DNA of 64,000 nt from an uncultured Candidatus Sumerlaeota bacterium. Lineage in GTDB: Bacteria > Sumerlaeota > Sumerlaeia > MWCT01 > JAGHBZ01. Location: positions 70,664 through 134,663 of the forward strand of contig CAZSMK010000026.1 of NCBI GenBank assembly GCA_964608095.1, read 5' to 3'. Position 1 is the stretch's first letter; every line of letters starts with the position of its first letter. Shown here one piece after another: positions 10,148 through 19,817 of the stretch. A program made the position numbers and the translations under genes. The notes under the pieces were generated by a model, which was given only the letters and a program-made list of their open reading frames with translations, was not told the DNA's origin and did no database searches.

Positions 10148-10921
10148 TTGCCTATGGAACCAAAAGTCATTGTCATTTTACCTGCCTACAACGAAGAAGA
10201 GAGCATAAACCGGCTCTTTGAAGGGTTTAGCCGAATCGTACCACACCTCGGCGACTACGAAATCATCCTGGTTAATGACGGCAGCACCGACAGAACCGTT
10301 CAACAGGCTGAAGCATGGCGCGAAAAACTGAATCTCGTCATCGTACACCACGAGAAAAACAAAGGGCTCGGTCCCGCTATCAAGACCGGTTTATACCACG
10401 CAATCGGCCATTCAGTCACCGGCAGCGACCCGATCGTATATATGGACGCAGACTGTACCCATCCGCCCTCGTATGTGCCGGAATTGGTGGCACAGGTCAA
10501 GGATGGAGCGGACATGGTGATTGCGTCGCGGTTCTTACCCGGAAGCAAAGAAGTCGGGGTACCGCTCATGAGGCGCCTCTACAGTCGCGGCGCACGATTC
10601 CTCTTCCACTTGTTACTGCCCCTACCCGGCGTCACGGATTTCACCTGCGGATTCAGGGCATACCGCTCGGGTTTGATCAAGAACGCGCTCGAACGTTTTG
10701 GCGACGCCATCATCGAACGAACCGGGTTCGCCTGCACCGACGACCTCCTCGTCAACCTCGCTACCTTCGATATTTCCATCGCCGAGATTCCCTTTACTCT
10801 ACGTTACGACCGTAAGAGAGGACAGAGCAAACTCAAACTGCTGCTCACGATAAAGGAGACGCTTCGCATGCTCCTCAAGGCACGCAAAAAACTCCTCGCA
10901 CCAAAACAGCCCTTGAACTGA
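10148..10921 (+). CDS. GT2 glycosyltransferase, polyprenol-phosphate mannose/glucose synthase (DPM1/ArnC-like)
   Basis: VIVILPAYNEEESI at the N-terminus and a DAD motif. 257 aa with no C-terminal TM segment. Confidence 0.75.
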   Translation: MPMEPKVIVILPAYNEEESINRLFEGFSRIVPHLGDYEIILVNDGSTDRTVQQAEAWREKLNLVIVHHEKNKGLGPAIKTGLYHAIGHSVTGSDPIVYMDADCTHPPSYVPELVAQVKDGADMVIASRFLPGSKEVGVPLMRRLYSRGARFLFHLLLPLPGVTDFTCGFRAYRSGLIKNALERFGDAIIERTGFACTDDLLVNLATFDISIAEIPFTLRYDRKRGQSKLKLLLTIKETLRMLLKARKKLLAPKQPLN

Positions 10922-11375
10922 TCCCCCACCTTTACTCTTTTTGCAAAACACTTTCCTACATCCCCGGTTTAATATTGCCGCAAAATAAAGTTATCCCTCG
11001 CATGAATTTTGAAATAACATATTTCGGCTTAAGTTCGGAATATGAGAGGGTGCTCCTTGATGCGTTCCTGACAGTGGATCTAAAAAAAGGTGGGTATTAC
11101 TTTAACATACTACAATGACTACGCTTATGACTGACGGGCTTTCAAATCCTGTTGATATAACTATCCGATTCTGTTAGTAAAGCCATGCTGTTTAATTGGA
11201 GTACTCTGACATAAATAACACCAGCGACACAAAGGACATAAAAACAATTGCCGTTGGAGAGATCCTCTTTGTGTCAAGGAAATAAGCCTTTTTGATCCTT
11301 GAGGTCGCTGCAGTCCTTCGGATCCCTGTTGTCCTTTTGCTCCTTTGGGTCCTTTTGATCCTTGATAAAAAAAGA

Positions 11376-11462
11376 TGGTGCCGGAGGCGGGATTTGAACC
11401 CGCACAGGCTTGCGCCTACTAGACCCTGAACCTAGCGCGTCTGCCAGTTCCGCCACTCCGGC
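11376..11462 (-). tRNA. tRNA-Leu (anticodon CAG)
   Basis: Reverse-strand sequence folds as a cloverleaf: GCCGGAG T GGCG GAACTGGCAGA CGCG CTAGG TTCAGGG TCTAG (long variable arm) GCGGG TTCAAAT CCCGC CTCCGGC ACCA. The anticodon loop TTCAGGG gives CAG. Confidence 0.8.
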
Positions 11463-11538
11463 ACCAGATGTGTACCTTTAGTATCCTCTATAATGCCCTC
11501 CCGAGGCAAGGGTTTTTTATCCCGGGCGAAGGTATCCG

Positions 11539-12915
11539 TCAGCCTTCCTCTGGTTTAGTAATCCTGCCGAAAAGTCTTTTAAAAAAAGAGGATGACGTAG
11601 GTTGTGCTGGATGTAAAAAGAATCGCTCGATTTCGTTCAAAACCTGCTCGCCTTCGGCGCGTGCACGGTTATCCGGCGCATAGCGCGGAGGAGCCACCAG
11701 CCATTGGATAAACGGCTGCATGGTTCTCTCGAACGAGTAGTGCTCGAGCACGTATTCCCGTGCAGATTCACCCCGTTGCTTGAGCGAATCCCTGTCCAGC
11801 GATGCAATTGCGAGCAACACCTTTGTCAGCGATGCCGGCTTGCCCTGCTCAAACTCGCAGACATGCCCCTTTTCGATAAGGTCTTTAACAAACTCGCACA
11901 AGCCCGTGCTTACCACGGGCAAGCGGTGAGCGAGGAAATGCAGCACACGGTTGCGGCTGCCAATCTCTGCTTCATAAATACGGCGATCTACGTTTATGCC
12001 CACATCCGCCGCGGCAAAAAATCCTTCCACTTGCTCGTTGGGAACCCACCCTTTCAAGATAAACCGCTCCTTGTACTCAGATTGTTCGATCAGGCGGCTA
12101 AAATCCTCAAATACCTTCTCGTTGTAATGTGGTGTTCCGCCGCCTATCGAGACATATTTCAGCCTCGGATTTTTCGCCATCGCTCCCTCAAGACCTTTAA
12201 CGAGTGTCGAAACGTCGCTCCATGTATTATACGACCCCGCCCAGAACACCACGAAATCGTCATCAGCAACCTCTTTCCCGCGGATAATACGCTCGGCATT
12301 CTCAGGAATATTTTCCCCGACCTCTGCGTCTATTCCGCAGGGAATGGTATGAACGAACTCGTAGCCGACGGTGTGGCGATTGAGTCTACCGCAGAAGGCG
12401 AGTTGCCCTATCACACTGAATCGCTGCGGATTCGAGACCACCGAGACCTTATCCACTCTTGCCAGAACACTCCGATAGAGTTTCCATACGTGAAAGAGTT
12501 CAGTATCGCTCTCGGGCAAGGGATAGACCGCTGCTTTTGCCTGAATTTCAGAGAGAGCATCGCCGAAAAAATCCGCCCACACCGGCGCCATATCCCGGAG
12601 TCCCGCTGCCGTCGCGACCGGAAGAAGTGAACTTACCCCGGCTATTGCATCGGGCTTGAAGCCTGCCACTATTTCCCTTACGCTCTTTTCGTCGACAAAG
12701 GCATCGTAATGGAGGTTGTAAAAATCAATATCATCGTGAGGAGTGGAATGAACTATATTCTCGGTCGGCGGATTGAGGTACGCACCCTCATTCCGTAGCC
12801 CGATAAGTATCACCCGATGCCCTGCACGCGCGGCGCTACGCGCAAATTGCCACGTCCGGATTCCCGGTCCCGTCGTTATCTGCGCCTCTTCTATAGGTAA
12901 CGGCGCGCTACCCAC
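11539..12915 (-). CDS. GT-B fold glycosyltransferase (GT4/GT1-like)
   Basis: 458 aa. The C-terminal E.GSRNRVLHFLAHRLPVVSTG matches the GT4 EX7E region. Confidence 0.5.
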   Translation of the reverse strand: MGSAPLPIEEAQITTGPGIRTWQFARSAARAGHRVILIGLRNEGAYLNPPTENIVHSTPHDDIDFYNLHYDAFVDEKSVREIVAGFKPDAIAGVSSLLPVATAAGLRDMAPVWADFFGDALSEIQAKAAVYPLPESDTELFHVWKLYRSVLARVDKVSVVSNPQRFSVIGQLAFCGRLNRHTVGYEFVHTIPCGIDAEVGENIPENAERIIRGKEVADDDFVVFWAGSYNTWSDVSTLVKGLEGAMAKNPRLKYVSIGGGTPHYNEKVFEDFSRLIEQSEYKERFILKGWVPNEQVEGFFAAADVGINVDRRIYEAEIGSRNRVLHFLAHRLPVVSTGLCEFVKDLIEKGHVCEFEQGKPASLTKVLLAIASLDRDSLKQRGESAREYVLEHYSFERTMQPFIQWLVAPPRYAPDNRARAEGEQVLNEIERFFLHPAQPTSSSFFKRLFGRITKPEEG

Positions 12916-13001
12916 TATCGCTACCTTAACAATACTCGTTCTCCTTACACTGCCGAATTATGATAAACGTACTTTACGACACCTGAAACTTGAATAGGGG
13001 A

Positions 13002-13952
13002 TTAGTGTTGTTCCCTCATCTGCCGATACCATTCAACGGTGCGTCGAAGCCCCTCTTCGAAGGGTACGAGCACTTCATAACCCAGGAGCCTGCGTGCTTT
13101 GGAGATATCAGCGAGAGAGTGCCGAACGTCGCCGGGTCGCGGTGGGTCGAACCGTGGCTCGATTTCCGCCTTCCCGGTATATTCCTTGATAAGGTTCAAG
13201 AGCGTGAGCAAATCGAAATTCGAGCCGCACGCGATGTTGATCACTTCACCCGCGCCGACCTCGGGCGATTGCGCCGCAAGAAGGTTGGCGGAACATGCGT
13301 TCTCCACAAAGGTAAAGTCGCGGCTCTGAAGACCATCGCCGTATATAACCGGCTGTTCATCGTCGAGAACTGCATTCACAAATTTCGGAATAACCGCAGA
13401 ATACTGGCTCTTCGGATCCTGGCGCGGGCCGAAAATGTTGAAATATCTCAGGCACACGGTCTCCAGGTTAAAACAACTATAATACGCGGCGCAGTAATAT
13501 TCGCCGGCAAGCTTTGAGACTGCGTAAGGACTCAACGGCATAGGAACCTGTGTTTCGACTTTTGTCCTGGACGGCTGATCGCCGTATGCCGAGGACGACG
13601 CGGCATACACGACTCGTTTGACCTTGTGTGCACGCGCCGCGTCAAGCACTCGGACGGTCCCGCCGACATTAATGTCGTTGCTCCGAATCGGGTCTTTGAC
13701 TGAGCGTGGTACGGAAGGCAGCGCCGCCTGGTGAAGCACATAATCCATGTCTTCACTCGCCTGCATAATAGTATCGAAGTCCGTTACGTCGCTCTCGATA
13801 AAGTCAAACCGGTCAATGACCTCATCTATATTTTCGCGTTTTCCTGTAATAAAATTGTCTATACCGCGGACGCTATGACCCTTGTCCAGGAGGTATCTAA
13901 CAAGGTTCGAGCCGATAAAGCCCCCCGCGCCGGTCACGAGAAAATTCGCCAC
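13002..13952 (-). CDS. NAD-dependent epimerase/dehydratase (UDP-sugar 4-epimerase type)
   Basis: N-terminal Rossmann motif VTGAGGFIGSNL and a YxxxK pattern (YAVSK). 316 aa. Confidence 0.8.
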   Translation of the reverse strand: MANFLVTGAGGFIGSNLVRYLLDKGHSVRGIDNFITGKRENIDEVIDRFDFIESDVTDFDTIMQASEDMDYVLHQAALPSVPRSVKDPIRSNDINVGGTVRVLDAARAHKVKRVVYAASSSAYGDQPSRTKVETQVPMPLSPYAVSKLAGEYYCAAYYSCFNLETVCLRYFNIFGPRQDPKSQYSAVIPKFVNAVLDDEQPVIYGDGLQSRDFTFVENACSANLLAAQSPEVGAGEVINIACGSNFDLLTLLNLIKEYTGKAEIEPRFDPPRPGDVRHSLADISKARRLLGYEVLVPFEEGLRRTVEWYRQMREQH

Positions 13953-14220
13953 TATAACACTCCTTTTTTGCAGATTGTTGAATCAGGAACCCTGAACCGG
14001 AACAATAAAGCGAACTCCCGGAATCAGCAGCCCCCATTTTCTACTCGTCACACCCAAATATAAATACCAGAATATATTCTCCAATTCTTCCAAAGTCAAG
14101 CAAGCAACACAAGAAAGTAATCTGATAGAGGCGGGGAGGCATCAAGGAGTGCCTGCTGAAATTTGTTTTGCATTTATACAGAACTTCGCGTCACAATCAT
14201 TTTTCACGAGGAGATCTTAT

Positions 14221-14781
14221 ATGGCAGAGAATACCATGCGATACGTAATATCCATCATGGCGGCGGACAGACCCGGAATAGTCGCTGCGGTTTCCGGCGC
14301 GGTATGCGCCTTGTCGGGAAACATCGTCTCACTCAGCCAGACCGTGATAAACGACTATTTCACTATCATACTGATCGCTGATTTTCCCGAGAAAACAGCC
14401 TTGGAAACCCTGAAGGACAACGTGGAGAAAAGTGGCGCTCCGGGCGAGTTCAGCGTTATGGCGCGTTGCTATGAATCAGCAGGTGCATCGTCGGAACTCG
14501 AGTCTGCGGGCGCTGCCCAATACATGCTATGTGCGACCGGTCTCGATAGAAAAGGCATAATCTACCAAATAAGCAAGACACTGGGCAATAAAGGGATCAA
14601 TATTCTCGACATCGCCACGTATCTGCAAGGCGACCAGTTCGTGCTCGTCGCTCAGATCATCATGCCTGCAGGAGTTGATGTTCGGTTTCTACAGGACGAG
14701 ATAGCCGCCATCGGGGCGAGTCACAATATCGCCGTTACCTTGCAACACCTTGACATCTTCAAGGAAACCAATCGAATCTAA
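14221..14781 (+). CDS. ACT-domain protein (UPF0237 / GcvR-like), tandem ACT
   Basis: MRYVISIMAADRPGIVAAVSG is an ACT start, and a second copy follows (GIIYQISKTLGNKGINI). The internal ATG at 14221 is the likely start within the 14149 ORF. Confidence 0.6.
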   Translation: MAENTMRYVISIMAADRPGIVAAVSGAVCALSGNIVSLSQTVINDYFTIILIADFPEKTALETLKDNVEKSGAPGEFSVMARCYESAGASSELESAGAAQYMLCATGLDRKGIIYQISKTLGNKGINILDIATYLQGDQFVLVAQIIMPAGVDVRFLQDEIAAIGASHNIAVTLQHLDIFKETNRI

Positions 14782-14800
14782 AACGGGGAGGATAGAGCGA

Positions 14801-16177
14801 ATGGGCGTGTTCACGACAGAAGAAATCTTACGCACCGTTGAGATGATCCAGAAAGAAAACCTGGACGTCCGCACCGTGACCCTCGGTATAAACGTGCTGG
14901 ACTGCATCCAGGCGGATATAGCGAAGATGCAGGAACGGTTGTTCAAAAAAATCGTTGACTGTGCCCGCCGACTTATTCCGGTATGTGACGAGATTTCGCG
15001 ACGATACGGTATCCCCATCGTGAATAAACGCATCGCCCTCTCTCCCGTAAGCCAGCTGCTCGAACAGCATGACGAGACCGCGGCGCTGGCTCTGGCGAAA
15101 ACCATTGACCGCGCCGCGCGTGAGGTGAACATCGACTTTGTCGGCGGCTATAGCGCCCTGGTCGAGAAAGGGTGGACGCGCGGCGAACAAACCTTGATCT
15201 CCTCCCTACCGCTCGTACTCTCCACGACTGAGCGGGTGTGTGCGTCGGTGAATGTGGCGTCGACATCAGCGGGTATACATGTGGATGCAGTGCGCCGAAT
15301 GGCGGAGATTATTCTCGACACGGCGTCACGCACCGCAGACCACGATGGATTCGGGGCAGCCAAGCTCATGCTCTTTGCAAATATTCCACCGGATAATCCG
15401 TTTATGGCAGGGGCGTATCTCGGAAGCGGTGAGCCGGAATTCGTAGTCAACATCGGCGTATCTGGCCCGGGCGTGATAAAACGAGCCCTCGAGGTAAAAT
15501 TGAAACATCAAAAAATGACCTTTACCGAGATTGCCGAGGAAATAAAAACAACTGCATTCAGGGTCACGCGGGTGGGCGAACTTATCGGCAAAGAAGTTGC
15601 CCGCGAACTGGGGGTCGAGTTCGGCATTGTCGATCTTTCTCTTGCACCGACTCCGCGTGTTCGCGACAGCGTCGGTGAGATTCTCCAGGTGATGGGACTC
15701 GAGTCCATAGGCGCACCGGGTTCTACCGCAGCAATTGCCCTGCTCAACGATGCGGTAAAAAAGGGCGGGTTGTTCGCCTCTTCATCTGTTGGTGGTCTTT
15801 CCGGCGCATTTATTCCCGTTGCCGAGGATGCCGCACTCTCCCAAGCCTCAGGTAACGGCGACCTGAGACTTGAAAAACTCGAGGCAATGACAAGCGTCTG
15901 CTCTGTCGGTTTGGATATGATAGGAATTCCGGGCGATACGGACGTGGATACCCTTGCCGCCCTCATTCTCGACGAGATGGCGATAGGCGTGGTGAACAAT
16001 AAGACGACCTCTTGCAGATTGATTCCTGTTCCCGGGAAGAACCCAGGCGATAAAGCCGTGTTCGGCGGCCTCTTTGGTGAATGTTACGTGATGCCGGTAC
16101 ATCGAGCAGGAAAATCGAGCGGCTTCGTCTGCTTTGGCGGCAGAATCCCCGCACCGCTCAGGAGTCTCAAAAATTAA
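14801..16177 (+). CDS. UPF0210 (DUF711) family protein, conserved partner of the UPF0237 ACT protein
   Basis: MGVFTTEEILRTVEMIQKENLDVRTVTLGINVLDC is the family N-terminus. A GGAGG RBS lies 8 nt upstream of the ATG at 14801. Confidence 0.7.
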   Translation: MGVFTTEEILRTVEMIQKENLDVRTVTLGINVLDCIQADIAKMQERLFKKIVDCARRLIPVCDEISRRYGIPIVNKRIALSPVSQLLEQHDETAALALAKTIDRAAREVNIDFVGGYSALVEKGWTRGEQTLISSLPLVLSTTERVCASVNVASTSAGIHVDAVRRMAEIILDTASRTADHDGFGAAKLMLFANIPPDNPFMAGAYLGSGEPEFVVNIGVSGPGVIKRALEVKLKHQKMTFTEIAEEIKTTAFRVTRVGELIGKEVARELGVEFGIVDLSLAPTPRVRDSVGEILQVMGLESIGAPGSTAAIALLNDAVKKGGLFASSSVGGLSGAFIPVAEDAALSQASGNGDLRLEKLEAMTSVCSVGLDMIGIPGDTDVDTLAALILDEMAIGVVNNKTTSCRLIPVPGKNPGDKAVFGGLFGECYVMPVHRAGKSSGFVCFGGRIPAPLRSLKN

Positions 16178-16203
16178 TCTGAATCCTGAATCCCGAATTT
16201 CTT

Positions 16204-16250
16204 TGCAAAAGAACATGGTGTTAAGGTATACTATTTTTTAGTATAATGGT
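16204..16250 (+). promoter_or_regulatory. Candidate sigma70-type promoter upstream of the SpoIID-domain gene
   Basis: TTGCAA, an 18-nt spacer, then TATACT. A TATAAT follows immediately. Confidence 0.3.
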
Positions 16251-16492
16251 TTCTTAAAAAAACAGGGTTAAATTTTTTTCGCATCATTAATTGGGGGAAA
16301 TAAAAAGGTGTTTTCAGGTTCTTTGATAGGTGAGAACATAGCGTAACATCAATTAAATTATTCTTTTCTCCCGATTACGCTTGCCAATTTTACTCTAAAA
16401 CGATACTATTATTCCAATTTACTGATTAACCCTCACAAACATTTCAAAAAAATCAACGGTTAGTTCTGATAATTTACTTAAGAGGTATAGGT

Positions 16493-18358
16493 ATGACGAA
16501 CCAGATTACATACGAAGGTCCGTTTGGACCGAATATCCGTATAGGAATGCTCCAGAAGCAGGACGAGATACAATTCAGCCTGATCGGCACATATAAAATC
16601 GTTACAAAAGAGGGCAAGACACTCAAGACATTTGACGATAAAAGCGGCATATTGCAATGTACTGTTGTTCAGAGTCAACCCGCGCAGCTCAAATGGCGAA
16701 TAGTCATAGCCCGCTTACGTGACCACGAAACCGCCCTTGTCCGCGCTGAAGTGACTGAACGAACCCTTGCCATCAATCATACCGAGATACTGGAAGTGGG
16801 TAGCGAGGTGGTTACAACAACGGGAAGGAGATTTGATGCCCGTGGGTTCTGGTTATGTACAGAACCTTTCTCGAGCATAGAAGAAGCACGCGAGGCGCGC
16901 TCTAAACTACCCGACTCGAGCCGATACGATATCTTGCCTGTGCGCATGAATCCCTCTTCGGGAACGCTCAAGCTGACCAGCGAAAGCAACGGGGAAAGTC
17001 TCGAAGTTAACGACAGCATCGAGCTGATACCGAAAGATGCGACTGACTCCCGGGTGGTTCTCCACGACGTGATAGTTGGCATTTCGTATCACTGGCGTCA
17101 TAAAGAGCGCCAGAAGCTACGCGGCAATCTCAGGATTATTATAGATAACGAGGGCAAACTGACCGCCATAAATATTCTCCCCCTCGAGGTTTATCTCGTC
17201 AGCGTGAACTCATCGGAGATGATGTCGGCATGCCACGACGAATTTCTCAAGGCACAAACCATTGCGGCTCGTAATATCGTTCTTGCCAATATGCACAAGC
17301 ACCATTATGCCGATGATTTCGACCTCTGTGCCGACGATCATTGTCAATGCTACAGGGGTTCGTCCCGCGAGACCGAGAAATCCAGAAAAGCCGTACTGTC
17401 TACCCTGAGTGAGGTACTGGTGTCCGGGCACGAGCTGTGCGATACGCGCTACAGCAAGATGTGCGGCGGATTGACCGCGGACTTCGATCGCGTCTGGTAC
17501 GGCGAACCGATCGAGTACCTCGTAGGTAAGTTCGACGGCGATCCTGACTCCGAAGATATCCACTTCTACCCCGCGGATACCGAACCTGCAGCACTAAAAT
17601 TTATCGAGTCCTCGCCGGATGTGTACTGTAACACTACCAGAGGGCGGATATCCCAGTCATTGAAATATTCCGCACCCTATTTTCGCTGGAATATAACCTA
17701 TAGCCGACAGGAACTTGAAAAACTCATCAACCGATTTCCAGAATATCGGGTCGGCGAGTTTCTGGATTTCGAGCCGTTGAGCCGCTCGCCTTCCGGCAGG
17801 TTGGAATATATCCTCATCAAGGGAACAGGCGGCGAAGTAATTATCGGAAAAGAGTTCGAGATTCGGCGCGTTCTTTCTCCTACGTTTCTGTACAGCGCGT
17901 GTTTTATATGGGACATCCAGCGCAACAACGGCAAAGTGGAATCAGTTACGCTCCATGGCGCCGGCTGGGGACACGGCGTCGGGTTATGCCAGATCGGCGC
18001 CGCCATGATGGCGCAACGCGGAAAAAAATACGAGGAGATTCTCGCTCACTATTATCCACAGACCTCTCGTGCAACTATTTATGAGGAAAAATATACCCGA
18101 AAATCGTTGAAAGAGCAGCTGGGTGAAACTGATTTCCGTCCCGGCGATGCCTGCTACGAATTCTTCAACTGCTATGCCGTGGCGCAATGTCCGATTCATC
18201 TCAAGAACATCCGCCTCGAAGCAAGAAAAGAAAACGATGAGTTCGTATTCGAACCTGTAAACGCCCCGGACATCAACCTGAAAAAGATGAAGATCGAATG
18301 CGATTTTCTGGACTTCGAGGAGAGCAGCGCAAGACCCAAAAAAGGCACCACCGGTTAA
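16493..18358 (+). CDS. SpoIID/LytB domain protein (amidase-enhancer-like)
   Basis: The AQTIAARNIV...DDHCQCY segment matches the SpoIID/LytB core. 621 aa. Confidence 0.65.
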   Translation: MTNQITYEGPFGPNIRIGMLQKQDEIQFSLIGTYKIVTKEGKTLKTFDDKSGILQCTVVQSQPAQLKWRIVIARLRDHETALVRAEVTERTLAINHTEILEVGSEVVTTTGRRFDARGFWLCTEPFSSIEEAREARSKLPDSSRYDILPVRMNPSSGTLKLTSESNGESLEVNDSIELIPKDATDSRVVLHDVIVGISYHWRHKERQKLRGNLRIIIDNEGKLTAINILPLEVYLVSVNSSEMMSACHDEFLKAQTIAARNIVLANMHKHHYADDFDLCADDHCQCYRGSSRETEKSRKAVLSTLSEVLVSGHELCDTRYSKMCGGLTADFDRVWYGEPIEYLVGKFDGDPDSEDIHFYPADTEPAALKFIESSPDVYCNTTRGRISQSLKYSAPYFRWNITYSRQELEKLINRFPEYRVGEFLDFEPLSRSPSGRLEYILIKGTGGEVIIGKEFEIRRVLSPTFLYSACFIWDIQRNNGKVESVTLHGAGWGHGVGLCQIGAAMMAQRGKKYEEILAHYYPQTSRATIYEEKYTRKSLKEQLGETDFRPGDACYEFFNCYAVAQCPIHLKNIRLEARKENDEFVFEPVNAPDINLKKMKIECDFLDFEESSARPKKGTTG

Positions 18359-18529
18359 TTACCAGATTCTCTGAAACACCCTTTTGAATATCTTTTCTCA
18401 GAAGCAGGATTCATCTTGGTAGTTAAAATGAAGTGACCACGCAGGGACATCACACATCTATTTCTGAAAATATCTCTTAATCTTATTAGAATCCGAGGTC
18501 AACGATCTGAGAAAAGCCGGGTGCATGAA

Positions 18530-19790
18530 GATTTTTTATATATGCCCGCTAATTATTCTACTTGTTGTATTCGTGTCGATTCGCGTTATTCGCGGGTGAA
18601 TAAATCTTTTCTCTTGCCCGCTAATTACGCTAATTACGCCAATTTTTTTTATTCGTGCCTATTCGCGTTATTCGCGGGTGCATAATTTTTTTTGCCCGCT
18701 AATCAATCTAATAGCTTCTTTTCAAAAATTACACGTTCCCATTCCAGCTGCGGGTAATGCCCAAAGTTTACCAACAAACCGAGTTTAACACCTGCAGCAT
18801 TCAGGTAATTTATTACTTGTCCGCGATGTTCATCAACAAGTTTTGAAACGGCTTTAATTTCCACAATGATGTTACCGTAACAAACAAAATCTGCTTTATA
18901 CATCTGTCTCAATCTATGATCACGATACGATATGAAAAGTTCTTTTTGTGCTTCATAGGGAATGCCTTGATAATCAAATTCAATTTGAAGACATTCCTGA
19001 TATACAGGTTCAAGAAAGCCACATCCTTTATTGTTATAGACCTCGAAACAAGCACCTATGATTTTGTAACATTCATCCTTATAGAGCAAATCCATATGCT
19101 GTTCACCATGTACGATATTATTTAATGTTAATTAGTATTTTTAATCGCGTTATTCGCGGGTGAATAAATCTTTTCTCTTGCCCGCTAATTACGCTAATTC
19201 ACGCCAATTTTTTTTATTCGTGTCTATTCGCGTTATTCGCGGGTGAATAAAGATTTTTTATATATGCCCGCTAATTACGCTAATTACACTAATATTTTTT
19301 TTGCCCGCTAATTCACGCTAATTCACCCTAATTTTTTTTATTCGTGTCTATTCGCGTTATTCGCGGGCGAATAAATCTTTTCTCTTGCCCGCTAATCAAA
19401 CTAATAATTTAAATTTTTAATCAGCGCCTATTCGCGTTATTCGTGGGTACATAATTTTTTTTCCCGCTAATTACGCTAATTACGCTAATTTTTTTATTCG
19501 TGTCGATTCGCGTTATTCGCGGGTGCATGAAGATTTTTTATATATGCCCGCTAATTCACGCCAATTTTTTTTATTCGTGTCGATTCGCGTTATTCGCGGG
19601 TGAATAAATCTTTTCTCTTGCCCGCTAATTACGCTAATTCACGCTAATTTCTTTTTCGCGCCTATTCGCGTTATTCGCGGGTGCATAATTTTTTTTGCCC
19701 GCTAATTACGCTAATTACGCTAATTTTTTTTATTCGTGTCTATTCGCGTTATTCGCGGGTGCATAAATCTTTTAATCTCGTGTGTATACT
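18530..19790. repeat. Array of about 10 imperfect ~80-bp tandem repeats, interrupted by and bracketing the GxxExxY gene
   Basis: The unit is ttattcgtgtc(g/t)attcgcgttattcgcgggtg(a/c)ataa..ttgcccgctaattacgctaattacgc(c/t)aattttttt. The string cgcgttattcgcggg recurs at about 18582, 18664, 19145, 19230, 19353, 19432, 19509, 19586, 19667 and 19750. Confidence 0.85.
18703..19095 (-). CDS. GxxExxY family protein (PD-(D/E)XK-like)
   Basis: MDLLYKDECYKIIGACFEVYNNKGCGFLEPVYQECL matches the family signature. 130 aa. Confidence 0.8.
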   Translation of the reverse strand: MDLLYKDECYKIIGACFEVYNNKGCGFLEPVYQECLQIEFDYQGIPYEAQKELFISYRDHRLRQMYKADFVCYGNIIVEIKAVSKLVDEHRGQVINYLNAAGVKLGLLVNFGHYPQLEWERVIFEKKLLD

Positions 19791-19817
19791 TGCATAGAGT
19801 ACTTTGAGGGAAGTAAA

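Noticed and set aside
11274-11456. 60-aa ORF overlapping tRNA-Leu
   Set aside because: It overlaps the tRNA gene. Its KDQKD repeats are produced by the pyrimidine DNA repeat.
14149-14220. Upstream extension of the ACT-domain ORF from 14149
   Set aside because: The family N-terminus (MRYVISIMAAD) begins just after the internal ATG at 14221. The extension is hydrophobic with low complexity.
18530-19790. Possible CRISPR array, based on regular short repeats
   Set aside because: The units are ~80 bp and near-identical along their whole length. There are no unique spacer segments and no cas genes. This is a tandem satellite, not a CRISPR.
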